DNA of 64,000 nucleotides from Eledone cirrhosa (GCA_964016885.1 OZ024743.1:354330001-354394000), one strand, 5' to 3'. Counted from the stretch's first letter, positions 24,801-44,260 are shown. Translations and numbers: made by a program. Notes: a model not told the origin generated them from the letters alone.

Positions 24801-27800
24801 AACTACTACCACCAAGAACACTACCACGACAACTACTACCACCAAGAACACTACCACGACAACTACTACCACCAAGAACACTACCACGACAACTACTACC
24901 ACCAAGAACACTACCACGGCAACTACTACCACCAAGAACACTACCACGGCAACTACTACCACCAAGAACACTACCACGAAAACTACTACCACTAAGAACA
25001 CTACCATGACAACTACTACCACCAAGAACACTACCACGACAACTACTACCACCAAGAACACCACCACGACAACTACTACCACCAATCACACTACCACGAG
25101 AACTACTACCACCAAGAACACTACCACGACAACTACTACCACCAAGAACACTACCACGACAACTACTACCACCAAGAACACTACCACGACAACTACTACC
25201 ACCAAGAATACTACCACAACTACTACCACCAAGAACACTACCACGACAACTACTACCACCAAGAACACTACCACGACAACTACTACCACCAAGAACACTA
25301 CCACGACAACTACTACCACCAAGAACACTACCACGGCAACTACTACCACCAAGAACACTACCACGTCAACTATTACCACCAAGAACACTACCACGGCAAC
25401 TACTACCACCAAGAACACTACCACGACAACTACTACCACTAAGAACACTACCATGACAACTACTACCACCAAGAACACTACCACAACAACTACTACCACC
25501 AAGAACACCACCACGACAACTACTACCACCAAGAACACTACCACGACAACTACTACCACCAAGAACACTACCACGACAACTACTACCACCAACAACACTA
25601 CCACGACAACTACTACCACCAAGAACACTACCACGACAACTACTACCACCAAGAACACTACCACGACAACTACTACCACCAAGAACACTACCACGACAAC
25701 TACTACCACCAAGAACACTACCACGACAACTACTACCACCAACAACACTACCACGACAACTACTGCCACCAAGAACACTACCACGACAACTACTACCACC
25801 AAGAACACTACCACGGCAACTACTACCACCAAGAACACTACCACGACAACTACTACCACCAAGAACACTACCACGACAACTACTACCACCAAGAACACTA
25901 CCACGATAACTACGACCACCAACAACACTACCACGACAACTACTACCACCAAGAACACTACCACGACAACTACTACCACCAAGAACACTACCACGACAAC
26001 TACTACCACCAAGAACACTACCATGACAACTACTACCACCAAGAACACTACCACGGCAACTACTACCACCAAGAACACTACCACGACAACTACTACCACC
26101 AAGAACACTACCATGACAACTACTACCACCAAGAACACTACCATGACAACTACTACCACCAAGAACACTACCACGACAACTACTACCACCAGCAACACTA
26201 CCACGACAACTACTACCACCAAGAACACTACCACGACAACTTCTACCACCAAGAACACTACCACGGCAACTACTACCATCAAGAACACTACCATGACAAC
26301 TACTACCACCAAGAACACTACCACGACAACTACTACCACCAAGAACACTACCACGACAACTACTACCACCAACAACACTACCATGACAACTACTACCACC
26401 AAGAACACTACCACGACAACTACTACCACCAAGAACACTACCACGACAACTACTACCACCAAGAACACTACCACGACAACTACTACCACCAAGAACACTA
26501 CCACGACAACTACTACCACCAAGAACACTACCACGACAACTACTACCACCAAGAACACTACCACGGCAACTACTACCACCAAGAACACTACCACGGCAAC
26601 TACTACCACCAAGAACACTACCACGACAACTACTACCACCAAGAACCCTACCATGACAACTACTACCACCAACAACACTACCACGACAACTACTACCACC
26701 AAGAACACTACCACGACAACTACTACCACCAAGAACACTACCACGGCAACTACTACCACCAAGAACACTACCACGACAACTACTACCACCAAGAACACTA
26801 CCACGACAACTACTACCACCAACAACACTACCACGACAACTACTACCACCAAGAACACTACCACGGCAACTACTACCACCAAGAACACTACCACGGCAAC
26901 TACTACCACCAAGAACACTACCACGACAACTACTACCACCAAGAACACTACCACGACAACTACTACCACCAAGAACACTACCACGACAACTACTACCACC
27001 AAGAACACTACCACGACAACTACTACCACCAAGAACACTACCACGGCAACTACTACCACCAAGAACACTACCACGGCAACTACTACCACCAAGAACACTA
27101 CCACGAAAACTACTACCACTAAGAACACTACCATGACAACTACTACCACCAAGAACACTACCACGACAACTACTACCACCAAGAACACCACCACGACAAC
27201 TACTACCACCAATCACACTACCACGAGAACTACTACCACCAAGAACACTACCACGACAACTACTACCACCAACAACACTACCACGACAACTACTACCACC
27301 AAGAACACTACCACGACAACTACTACCACCAAGACCACTACCACGACAACTACTACCACCAAGAACACTAACACGACAACTACTACCACCAAGAACACTA
27401 ACACGACAACTACTACCACCAAGAACACTACCACGACAACTACTACCACCAACAACACTAACACGACAACTACTACCACTAAGAACACCACCATGACAAC
27501 TACTACCACCAAGAACACTACCACGACAACTACCACCACCAAGAACACTACCACGACAACTACTACCATCAAGAACACTACCACGACAACTACTACCACC
27601 AAGAACACTACCATGACAACTACTACCACCAAGAACACTACCATGACAACTACTACCACCAAGAACACTACCACGACAACTACTACCACCAGCAACACTA
27701 CCACGACAACTACTACCACCAAGAACACTACCACGACAACTTCTACCACCAAGAACACTACCACGGCAACTACTACCACCAACAACACTACCACGACAAC

Positions 27801-30800
27801 TACTACCACCAAGAACACTACCACGGCAACTACTACCACCAAGAACACTACCACGGCAACTACTACCACCAAGAACACTACCACGACAACTACTACCACC
27901 AAGAACACTACCACGACAACTACTACCACCAAGAACACTACCACGACAACTATTACCACCAAGAACACTACCACGACAACTACTACCACCAAGAACACTA
28001 CCACGGCAACTACTACCACCAAGAACACTACCACGGCAACTACTACCACCAAGAACACTACCACGAAAACTACTACCACTAAGAACACTACCATGACAAC
28101 TACTACCACCAAGAACACTACCACGACAACTACTACCACCAAGAACACCACCACGACAACTACTACCACCAATCACACTACCACGAGAACTACTACCACC
28201 AAGAACACTACCACGACAACTACTACCACCAACAACACTACCACGACAACTACTACCACCAAGAACACTACCACGACAACTACTACCACCAAGACCACTA
28301 CCACGGCAACTACTACCACCAAGAACACTAACACGACAACTACTACCACCAAGAACACTAACACGACAACTACTACCACCAAGAACACTACCACGACAAC
28401 TACTACCACCAACAACACTAACACGACAACTACTACCACTAAGAACACCACCATGACAACTACTACCACCAAGAACACTACCACGACAACTACCACCACC
28501 AAGAACACTACCACGACAAATACTACCATCAAGAACACTACCACGACAACTACTACCACCAAGAACACTACCACGACAACTACTACCACCAAGAACACTA
28601 ACACGACAAATACTACCACCAAGAACACTACCACGACAACTACTACCACCAAGAACACTACCACGACAACTACTACCACCAAGAACACTACCACAGCAAC
28701 TACTACCACCAAGAACACTACCACGGCAACTACTACCATCAAGAACACTACCACGACAACTACTACCACTAAGAACACTACCATGACAACTACTACCACC
28801 AAGAACACTACCACGACAACTACTACCACCAAGAACACCACCACGACAACTACTACCACCAAGAACACTACCACGACAACTACTACCACCAAGAACACTA
28901 CCACGACAACTACTACCACCAACAACACTACCACGACAACTACTACCACCAAGAACACTACCACGACAACTACTACCACCAAGACCACTACCACGACAAC
29001 TACTACCACCAAGAACACTAACACGACAACTACTACCACCAAGAACACTAACACGACAACTACTACCACCAAAACACTACCACGACAACTACTACCACCA
29101 ACAACACTAACACGACAACTACTACCACCAAGAACACCACCATGACAACTACTACCACCAACAACACTACCAAGACAACTACCACCACCAAGAACACTAC
29201 CACGACAACTACTACCATCAAGAACACTACCACGACAACAACTACCACCAAGAACACTACCACGACAACTACTACCACCAAGAACAATACCACGACAACT
29301 ACTACCACCAAGAACACTACCACGGCAACTACTACCACCAAGAACACTACCACGACAACTACTACCACCAAGAACACTACCACGACAACTACTACCACCA
29401 AGAACACTACCACGACAACTACTACCACCAAGAATACTACCACAACTACTACCACCAAGAACACTACCACGAAAACTACTACCACCAAGAACACTACCAC
29501 GACAACTACTACCACCAAGAACACTACCACGACAACTACTACCACCAAGAACACTACCACGGCAACTACTACCACCAAGAACACTACCACGGCAACTACT
29601 ACCACCAAGAACACTACCACGGCAACTACTACCACCAAGAACACTACCACGACAACTACTACCACTAAGAACACTACCATGACAACTACTACCACCAAGA
29701 ACACTACCACGACAACTACTACCACCAAGAACACCACCATGACAACTACTACCACCAAGAACACTACCACGACAACTACTACCACCAAGAACACTACCAC
29801 GACAACTACTACCACCAACAACACTACCACGACAACTACTACCACCAAGAACACTACCACGACAACTACTACCACCAAGAACACTACCACGACAACTACT
29901 ACCACCAAGAACACTACCACGACAACTACTACCACCAAGAACACTACCACGACAACTACTACCACCAAGAACACTAACACGACAAATACTACCACCAAGA
30001 ACACTACCACGACAACTACTACCACCAAGAACACTACCACGACAACTACTACCACCAAGAACACTACCACAGCAACTACTACCACCAAGAACACTACCAC
30101 GGAAACTACTACCATCAAGAACACTACCACGACAACTACTACCACTAAGAACACTACCATGACAACTACTACCACCAAGAACACTACCACGACAACTACT
30201 ACCACCAAGAACACCACCACGACAACTACTACCACCAAGAACACTACCACGACAACTACTACCACCAAGAACACTACCACGACAACTACTACCACCAACA
30301 ACACTACCACGACAACTACTACCACCAAGAACACTACCACGACAACTACTACCACCAAGACCACTACCACGACAACTACTACCACCAAGAACACTAACAC
30401 GAAAACTACTACCACCAAGAACACTAACACGACAACTACTACCACCAAAACACTACCACGACAACTACTACCACCAACAACAATAACACGACAACTACTA
30501 CCACCAAGAACACCACCATGACAACTACTACCACCAACAACACTACCACGACAACTACCACCACCAAGAACACTACCACGACAACTACTACCATCAAGAA
30601 CACTACCACGACAACAACTACCACCAAGAACACTACCACGACAACTACTACCACCAAGAACAATACCACGACAACTACTACCACCAAGAACACTACCACG
30701 GCAACTACTACCACCAAGAACTCTACCACGACAACTACTACCACCAAGAACACTACCACGACAACTACTACCACCAAGAACACTACCACGACAACTACTA

Positions 30801-33800
30801 CCACCAAGAATACTACCACAACTACTACCACCAAGAACACTACCACGACAACTACTACCACCAAGAACACTACCACTACAACTACTACCACCAAGAACAC
30901 TACCACGACAACTACTACCACCAAGAACACTACCACGGCAACTACTACCACCAAGAACACTACCACGGCAACTACTACCACCAAGAACACTACCACGGCA
31001 ACTACTACCACCAAGAACACTACCACGACAACTACTACCACTAAGAACACTACCATGACAACTACTACCACCAAGAACACTACCACGACAACTACTACCA
31101 CCAAGAACACCACCAGGACAACTACTACCACCAAGAACACTACCACGACAACTACTACCACCAAGAACACTACCACGACAACTACTACCACCAACAACAC
31201 TACCACGACAACTACTACCACCAAGAACACTACCACGACAACTACTACCACCAAGAACACTACCACGACAACTACTACCACCAAGAACACTACCACGACA
31301 ACTACTACCACCAACAACACTACCACGACAACTACTACCACCAACAACACTACCACGACAACTACTGCCACCAAGAACACTACCACGACAACTACTGCCA
31401 CCAAGAACACTACCACGGCAACTACTGCCACCAAGCACACTACCACGGCAACTACTACCACCAAGAACACTACCACGACAACTACTAACACCAAGAACAC
31501 TACCACGATAACTACTACCACCAAGAACACTACCACGACAACTACTACCACCAAGAACACTACCACGACAACTACTACCACCAAGAACACTACCACGACA
31601 ACTACTACCACCAAGAACACTACCATGACAACTACTACCACCAAGAACACTACCACGGCAACTACTACCACCAAGAACACTACCACGACAACTACTACCA
31701 CCAAGAACACTACCACGACAACTACTACCACCAAGAACACTACCACGACAACTACTACCAACAAGAACACTACCACGACAACTACTACCACCAAGAATAC
31801 TACCACGACAACTACTACCACCAAGAACACTACCATGACAACTACTACCACCAAGAACACTACCACGACAACTACTACCAACAAGAACACTACTACGACA
31901 ACTACTACCACCAACAACACTACCACGACAACTACTACCACCAAGAACACTACCACGGCAACTACTACCACCAAGAACACTACCACGGCAACTACTACCA
32001 CCAAGAACACTACCACGACAACTACTACCACCAAGAACACTACCACGACAACTACTACCACCAACAACACTACCACGACAACTACTACCACCAAGAACAC
32101 TACCACGACAACTACTACCACCAAGAACACTACCACGACAACTACTACCACCAACAACACTACCACGACAACTACTACCACCAAGAACACTACCACGACA
32201 ACTACTACCACCAAGAACACTAACACGACAAATACTACCACCAAGAACACTACCACGACAACTACTACCACCAACAACACTACCACGACAACTACTACCA
32301 CCAAGAACACTACCACGACAACTACTACCACCAAGAACACTACCACTACAACTACTACCACCAAGAACACTACCACGACAACTACTACCACCAAGAACAC
32401 TACCACGGCAACTACTACCACCAACAACACTACCACGACAACTACTACCACCAAGAACCCTACCATGACAACTACTACCACCAAGAACACTACCACGATA
32501 ACTACTACCACCAAGAACACTACCACGACAACTACTACCACCAAGAACACTACCACGACAACTACTACCACCAAGAACACTACCACGGCAACTACTAACA
32601 CCAAGAACACTACCACGGCAACTACTAACACCAAGAACACTACCACGGCAACTACTACCACCAAGAACACTACCACGGCAACTACTACCACCAAGAACAC
32701 TACCACGGCAACTACTACCACCAAGAACACTACCATGACAACTACTACCACTAAGAACACTACCATGACAACTACTACCACCAAGAACACTACCACGACA
32801 ACTACTACCACCAAGAACACCACCACGACAACTACTACCACCAAGAACACTACCACGACAACTACTACCACCAAGAACACTACCACGACAACTACTACCA
32901 CCAAGAACACTACCACGACAACTACTACCACCAAGAACACTACCACGACAACTACTACCACCAACAACACTACCACACAACTACTACCACCAAGAACACT
33001 ACCACGGCAACTACTACCACCAAGAACGCTACCACGGCAACTACTACCACCAAGAACACTACCATGACAACTACTACCACCAAGAACACTACCACGACAA
33101 CTACTACCACCAACAACACTACCACGACAACTACTACCACCAACAACACTACCACGACATCTACTACCACCAAGAACACTACCGTGACAACTACTACCAC
33201 CAAGAACACTACCACGGCAACTACTACCACCAAGAACACTACCACGACAACTACTACCACCAAGAACACTACCACGACAACTACTACCACCAACAACACT
33301 ACCACGACAACTACTACCACCAAGAACACTACCACGACAACTACTACCACCAAGAACACTACCACGATAACTACTACCACCAAGAACACTACCACGACAA
33401 CTACTACCACCAAGAACACTACCATGACAACTACTACCACCAAGAACACTACCACGACAACTACTACCACCAAGAACACTACCATGACAACTACTACCAC
33501 CAAGAACACTACCATGACAACTACTACCACCAAGAACACTACCACGGCAACTACTACCACCAAGAACACTACCACGACAACTACTACCACCAAGAACACT
33601 ACCACGACAACTACTACCACCAACAACACTACCACGACAACTACTACCACCAAGAACACTACCACGACAACTACTACCACCAAGAACACTACCACGATAA
33701 CTACTACCACCAAGAACACTACCACGACAACTACTACCACCAAGAACACTACCATGACAACTACTACCACCAAGAACACTACCACGACAACTACTACCAC

Positions 33801-36800
33801 CAAGAACACTACCATGACAACTTCTACCACCAAGAACACTACCATGACAACTACTACCACCAAGAACACTACCACGACAACTACTACCACCAACAACACT
33901 ACCACGACAACTACTACCACCAAGAACACTACCACGACAACTACTACCACCAAGAACACTACCACGGCAACTACTACCACCAAGAACACTACCATGACAA
34001 CTACTACCACCAACAACACTACCACGACAACTACTACCACCAACAACACTACCACGACAACTACTACCACCAACAACACTACCACGACAACTACTACCAC
34101 CAACAACACTACCACGACAACTACTACCACCAACAACACTACCACGACAACTACTACCACCAACAACACTACCATGACAACTACTACCACCAACAACACT
34201 ACCACGACAACTACTACCACCAACAACACTACCACGACAACTACTACCACCAACAACACTACCACGACATCTACTACCACCAACAACACTACCACGACAA
34301 CTACTACCACCAACAACACTACCACGACAACTACTACCACCAACAACACTACCACGACAACTACTACCACCAACAACACTACCACGACAACTACTACCAC
34401 CAACAACACTACCACGACAACTACTACCACCAACAACACTACCACGACAACTACTACCACCAACAACACTACCACGACAACTACTACCACCAACAACACT
34501 ACCACGACAACTACTACCACCAACAACACTACCACGACAACTACTACCACCAACAACACTACCACGACAACTACTACCACCAACAACACTACCACGACAA
34601 CTACTACCACCAACAACACTACCATGACAACTACTACCACCAAGAACACTACCACGACAACTACTACCACCAACAACACTACCACGACAACTACTACCAC
34701 CAAGAACACTACCACGACAACTACTACCACCAAGAACACTACCACGGCAACTACTACCACCAAGAACACTACCATGACAACTACTACCACCAACAACACT
34801 ACCACGACAACTACTACCACCAACAACACTACCACGACAACTACTACCACCAACAACACTACCACGACAACTACTACCACCAACAACACTACCACGACAA
34901 CTACTACCACCAACAACACTACCACGACAACTACTACCACCAACAACACTACCACGACAACTACTACCACCAACAACACTACCACGACAACTACTACCAC
35001 CAACAACACTACCACGACAACTACTACCACCAACAACACTACCATGACAACTACTACCACCAAGAACACTACCACGACAACTACTACCACCAAGAACACT
35101 ACCACGACAACTACTACCACCAAGAACACTACCACGGCAACTACTAACACCAAGAACACTACCACGGCAACTACTACCACCAAGAACACTACCACGGCAA
35201 CTACTACCACCAAGAACACTACCACGGCAACTACTACCACCAAGAACACTACCATGACAACTACTACCACTAAGAACACTACCATGACAACTACTACCAC
35301 CAAGAACACTACCACGACAACTACTACCACCAAGAACACCACCACGACAACTACTACCACCAAGAACACTACCACGACAACTACTACCACCAAGAACACT
35401 ACCACGACAACTACTACCACCAAGAACACTACCACGACAACTACTACCACCAAGAACACTACCACGACAACTACTACCACCAACAACACTACCACACAAC
35501 TACTACCACCAAGAACACTACCACGGCAACTACTACCACCAAGAACGCTACCACGGCAACTACTACCACCAAGAACACTACCATGACAACTACTACCACC
35601 AAGAACACTACCACGACAACTACTACCACCAACAACACTACCACGACAACTACTACCACCAACAACACTACCACGACATCTACTACCACCAAGAACACTA
35701 CCGTGACAACTACTACCACCAAGAACACTACCACGGCAACTACTACCACCAAGAACACTACCACGACAACTACTACCACCAAGAACACTACCACGACAAC
35801 TACTACCACCAACAACACTACCACGACAACTACTACCACCAAGAACACTACCACGACAACTACTACCACCAAGAACACTACCACGATAACTACTACCACC
35901 AAGAACACTACCACGACAACTACTACCACCAAGAACACTACCATGACAACTACTACCACCAAGAACACTACCACGACAACTACTACCACCAAGAACACTA
36001 CCATGACAACTACTACCACCAAGAACACTACCACGGCAACTACTACCACCAAGAACACTACCACGACAACTACTACCACCAAGAACACTACCACGACAAC
36101 TACTACCACCAACAACACTACCACGACAACTACTACCACCAAGAACACTACCACGACAACTACTACCACCAAGAACACTACCACGATAACTACTACCACC
36201 AAGAACACTACCACGACAACTACTACCACCAAGAACACTACCATGACAACTACTACCACCAAGAACACTACCACGACAACTACTACCACCAAGAACACTA
36301 CCATGACAACTACTACCACCAAGAACACTACCATGACAACTACTACCACCAAGAACACTACCACGACAACTACTACCACCAACAACACTACCACGACAAC
36401 TACTACCACCAAGAACACTACCACGACAACTACTACCACCAAGAACACTACCACGGCAACTACTACCACCAAGAACACTACCATGACAACTACTACCACC
36501 AACAACACTACCACGACAACTACTACCACCAACAACACTACCACGACAACTACTACCACCAACAACACTACCACGACAACTACTACCACCAACAACACTA
36601 CCACGACAACTACTACCACCAACAACACTACCACGACAACTACTACCACCAACAACACTACCATGACAACTACTACCACCAACAACACTACCACGACAAC
36701 TACTACCACCAACAACACTACCGCGACAACTACTACCACCAACAACACTACCACGACATCTACTACCACCAACAACACTACCACGACAACTACTACCACC

Positions 36801-39350
36801 AACAACACTACCACGACAACTACTACCACCAACAACACTACCACGACAACTACTACCACCAACAACACTACCACGACAACTACTACCACCAACAACACTA
36901 CCACGACAACTACTACCACCAACAACACTACCACGACAACTACTACCACCAACAACACTACCACGACAACTACTACCACCAACAACACTACCACGACAAC
37001 TACTACCACCAACAACACTACCACGACAACTACTACCACCAACAACACTACCACGACAACTACTACCACCAACAACACTACCACGACAACTACTACCACC
37101 AACAACACTACCATGACAACTACTACCACCAAGAACACTACCACGACAACTACTACCACCAACAACACTACCACGACAACTACTACCACCAAGAACACTA
37201 CCACGACAACTACTACCACCAAGAACACTACCACGGCAACTACTACCACCAAGAACACTACCATGACAACTACTACCACCAACAACACTACCACGACAAC
37301 TACTACCACCAACAACACTACCACGACAACTACTACCACCAACAACACTACCATGACAACTACTACCACCAACAACACTACCACGACAACTACTACCACC
37401 AACAACACTACCACGACAACTACTACCACCAACAACACTACCACGACAACTACTACCACCAACAACACTACCACGACAACTACTACCACCAACAACACTA
37501 CCACGACAACTACTACCACCAACAACACTACCATGACAACTACTACCACCAAGAACACTACCACGACAACTACTACCACCAACAACACTACCACGACAAC
37601 TACTACCACCAAGAACACTACCACGACAACTACTACCACCAAGAACACTACCACGGCAACTACTACCACCAAGAACACTACCACGACAACTACTACCACC
37701 AAGAACACTACCACGACAACTACTACCACCAACAACACTACCACGACAACTACTACCACCAAGAACACTACCACGACAACTACTACCACCAAGAACACTA
37801 CCACGGCAACTACTACCACCAAGAACACTACCATGACAACTACTACCACCAACAACACTACCACGACAACTACTACCACCAAGAACACTACCACGACAAC
37901 TACTACCACCAACAACACTACCACGACAACTACTACCACCAACAACACTACCACGACAACTACTACCACCAAGAACACTACCACGACAACTACTACCACC
38001 AACAACACTACCACGACAACTACTACCACCAACAACACTACCACGACAACTACTACCACCAACAACACTACCACGACAACTACTACCACCAAGAACACTA
38101 CCACGGCAACTACTACCACCAAGAACACTACCACGGCAACTACTACCACCAAGAACACTACCACGGCAACTACTACCACCAAGAACACTACCACGACAAC
38201 TACTACCACCAAGAACACTACCACGACAACTACTACCACCAACAACACTACCACGACAACTACTACCACCAAGAACACTACCACGACAACTACTACCACC
38301 AACAACACTACCACGACAACTACTACCACCAACAACACTACCACGACAACTACTACCACCAACAACACTACCACGACAACTACTACCACCAACAACACTA
38401 CCATGACAACTACTACCACCAAGAACACTACCACGACAACTACTACCACCAACAACACTACCACGACAACTACTACCACCAAGAACACTACCACGGCAAC
38501 TACTACCACCAAGAACACTACCATGACAACTACTACCACCAACAACACTACCACGACAACTACTACCACCAAGAACACTACCACGACAACTACTACCACC
38601 AACAACACTACCACGACAACTACTACCACCAAGAACACTACCACGACAACTACTACCACTAACAACACTACCACGACAACTACTACCACCAACAACACTA
38701 CCACGACAACTACTACCACCAAGAACACTACCACGACAACTACTACCACCAACAACACTACCACGACAACTACTACCACCAACAACACTACCACGACAAC
38801 TACTACCACCAAGAACACTACCACGGCAACTACTACCACCAAGAACACTACCACGACAACTACTACCACCAAGAACACTACCACGACAACTACTACCACC
38901 AACAACACTACCACGACAACTACTACCACCAACAACACTACCACGACAACTACTACCACCAAGAACACTACCACGACAACTACTACCACCAAGAACACTA
39001 CCACGGCAACTACTACCACCAAGAACACTACCATGACAACTACTACCACCAACAACACTACCACGACAACTACTACCACCAAGAACACTACCACGACAAC
39101 TACTACCACCAACAACACTACCACGACAACTACTACCACCAACAACACTACCACGACAACTACTACCACCAAGAACACTACCACGACAACTACTACCACC
39201 AACAACACTACCACGACAACTACTACCACCAACAACACTACCATGACAACTACTACCACCAACAACACTACCACGACAACTACTACCACCAACAACACTA
39301 CCACGACAACTACTACCACCAACAACACTACCACGACAACTACTACCACC
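21826..39350. repeat. 17.5-kb tandem array of a 30-bp unit (accaccaagaacactaccacgacaactact), about 585 copies
   Basis: Directly visible. Occasional 27-bp and 15-bp units; single-base deletions near 29072, 30448, 32977 and 35496. Confidence 0.98.
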
Positions 39351-39654
39351 GACACCATCGGAACCACATATGTACATCCGCTTGTCCATTCATCCGTGAG
39401 TCGTGTGAGATGAAACTGAGTTGATGTCAGGTTTGAAGTTAAAAACTTGATATTGCATTTAACATCGTTATAATTATATCTCTAATGAATATGTGACTGC
39501 GATGGAGTTGACGGTGACGGTGTTGTCGCTGGAGGTGGTAGTGATTGTGTGAGGGGGTACGGGTCGAGGGGGGGGGGTCTGGTTAATAGAAATGGGTGCG
39601 GAGCATACAATAGAACATTGAACATATTTTTATATATGATAGTTACATATTAAC

Positions 39655-39700
39655 ATGCCTTACACACACACACACACACACACACACCCACACACACACA

Positions 39701-39792
<92 letters not shown>

Positions 39793-39964
39793 GTCTCTCT
39801 CTCTATATATAATATATATATATATATTCATAAACATACTCGAGAAACTTAATCACACACATGCACAAAAACACAATCACACATAGATACATATATATAT
39901 ATATATATATATATACGTATAAGTGACTATAAATACGTATATTATAAAATATACACATGCAGAT

Positions 39965-40044
<80 letters not shown>

Positions 40045-40805
40045 CTGAGTAATAAAACTAATCCTTTGTATATTTTTGTTTATCGTTGTTAGTTTTATAA
40101 TTATGACAACTTAAACATATGTACACACACGGATATATACACATATATATATATAATTCGTTTACACAAGCCACTACTCTCACCCCCCATACACACACAC
40201 GCACATACATACACACACACGCACTAGCACATATGTATATATGAATATATATCTATATGTATCTGTATATATGTGTACGTGTGTGTGCCCGCATGTGTGT
40301 GTGTTGATATGTATATATTAATATGTATAATTGAAGTAATATTGAACCAACTTTAACAAATTAATTAATGAACTTAAAATATTTATACAATCCTTCTTCC
40401 ACGCTCCTACCCCTACGCTACTCTCTAATTCTCACTCTCAACCTCCCCCATTCTTTGGTTATTTACCACAGATTCTCTATTCTTCCTAGTTTCATAAGCA
40501 CATTGATACAAATACTCATATACACACATATATATATATGTTTATATATATACACATATATATATATATATATATACACACATTCATATAACAATACACT
40601 AATGCAGAGACAGGCTTCATTCTGTCTAGATAGACCTAGCAACTATACAAAGCTGCAATCTAGTAATGTGTATACACATGTTAATACATACATACATACA
40701 TACATTCAAGAATATACGCACACATATTCACAGACACTCAAATACACTCACACACAGACACACACACACACCCATACCCACACATATATATATATATAGA
40801 GAGAG

Positions 40806-40874
<69 letters not shown>

Positions 40875-40900
40875 AGGGGGGTTGAGAGAGAGAAAGAGAC
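39655..40900. repeat. Microsatellite-rich tract: (CA)n, (TA)n, (GA)n, (GATA)n
   Basis: Directly visible. Confidence 0.95.
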
Positions 40901-40963
40901 ATAAACATTGATGCATATACACGTACACGGGCATACACATGTACTCAAATGTGTCTGTGCGTA

Positions 40964-41920
40964 TACAGGGTGAATAAAACAAAAACTGGCCCGGCCACAT
41001 TATTGTTTTTGCCTGGGCGGTAGATTGGCAGTATCGGTGCTTTTCGGCATAGAGTTACGGCCCTTTACGGTCTGAGTTCATATCCTGCCAAGGTTAACTT
41101 TGCTTTTCATCCTGACAGGGGTCGATAAAATAAAGTACCAGTAATACACTGGCATAATTTCTGGCCTTGTCCCAAAAGTAGAAACAATTATTATTTTTGT
41201 CTGCATTATTCGATGTTTGACAATTAAAAATAACATCAAAAATGTCCTCTCTTTTGTTGTTTCTGTCTAAAGTTACAACACATTTCCAAGTAATCCCCTT
41301 GAATCCATACAATTTTTAGGTGCATGAAGAACTTTAGCATAGCTTCATTATAAACAAAGCTATGGATGGTCATGATCTCCTCTTTGATGTTTTTTCTAGT
41401 TCAGAGATGGTCCTGGGTTTGTTGACATGTACATTGTCCATTAGATAGCCCCAAAGAAAATATCTGGGTGTCTTATACCAGGGCTGTGTGACGCGCACTC
41501 AAAATCAGTCTTCAATATGATTAGAGGATTTCCAAAATTATTTTTCAGCCTGTATTCTGTAGGGTTCTTCCTCTTGAACAACGCTTCTGTAAGTTTCTCT
41601 GCACAGCGATTGTTTTGGGCTCTGTTCAACAGACTCTTGGACCATGTCAATACATTCCTGAGTACGCTTCTTGCGTCGTCAGGAGTGTGCAAGACGTTCC
41701 TCAGATATTGTATTGAGGCTCTCCACTGTTTCATAGGTCTCAAACGTCAGCGGTTCGTAGGTGCTTTGAAGAGAGATTTCTCCGCTCCCCAAAATGCATG
41801 AAATTTCCCCTGGAACTGCTTCTATGAGCTACACTAATGGAAGTGTTCCCCCACAGAAAATCCAGTGCTGCAGCTCCATTAACGTCTTATCTACTGTCTT
41901 TCAAGACGTTGTATCTACCA
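40964..41920 (-). mobile_element. Internally deleted Tc1/mariner transposon relic
   Basis: TA plus CAGGGTG terminus at 40964-40972. Minus-strand peptides FLWGYLMDNVHVNKPRTISELEK (about 41400-41460), SPKQS...PYRIQ, and QHWIFCGEHF (N-terminal HTH-like). No partner TIR found. Confidence 0.7.
41010..41192 (+). mobile_element. SINE of the 19630 family inserted in the mariner relic
   Basis: gggcggtagattggcagtatcgg...ctgagttcatatcctgccaaggttaactttgcttttcatcctgacaggggtcgataaaataaagtaccag...gtagaaacaatta. Imperfect TSD ttatt(g)tttttgyctg. Confidence 0.8.
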
Positions 41921-41936
41921 TGTCATGAAATTTAAT

Positions 41937-42127
41937 TGTTTCTACTTTTGACACAAGGCCAGCAATTATCCCAGTGTATTACTGGTACTTTATTTTATCG
42001 ACCCCGTAGGGATGAAAGGCAAAGTTAACCTCGGCGGGATTTGAACTCAGACCATAAAGGGCCGTAACTCTTTGCTGCAAAGCAAGGGGTCTGATCCTCT
42101 AGCGATACTGCCAATACACCGCCCCTG
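41937..42127 (-). mobile_element. SINE of the 19630 family with a perfect 16-bp TSD
   Basis: TSD tgtcatgaaatttaat at 41921-41936 and 42128-42143. The body is the reverse complement of the 19630 copy. Confidence 0.88.
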
Positions 42128-42199
42128 TGTCATGAAATTTAATGTTGATCGAATATACAGAATATACACAAACGTGAGTGGAACAAGTCGTTTATTTAT

Positions 42200-44260
<2,061 letters not shown>

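Noticed and set aside
21798-39389. Giant minus-strand ORFs (poly-Val and GGSSCRGSVL repeats)
   Set aside because: Stop-free by-products of a 30-bp repeat, with no plausible start context or domains.
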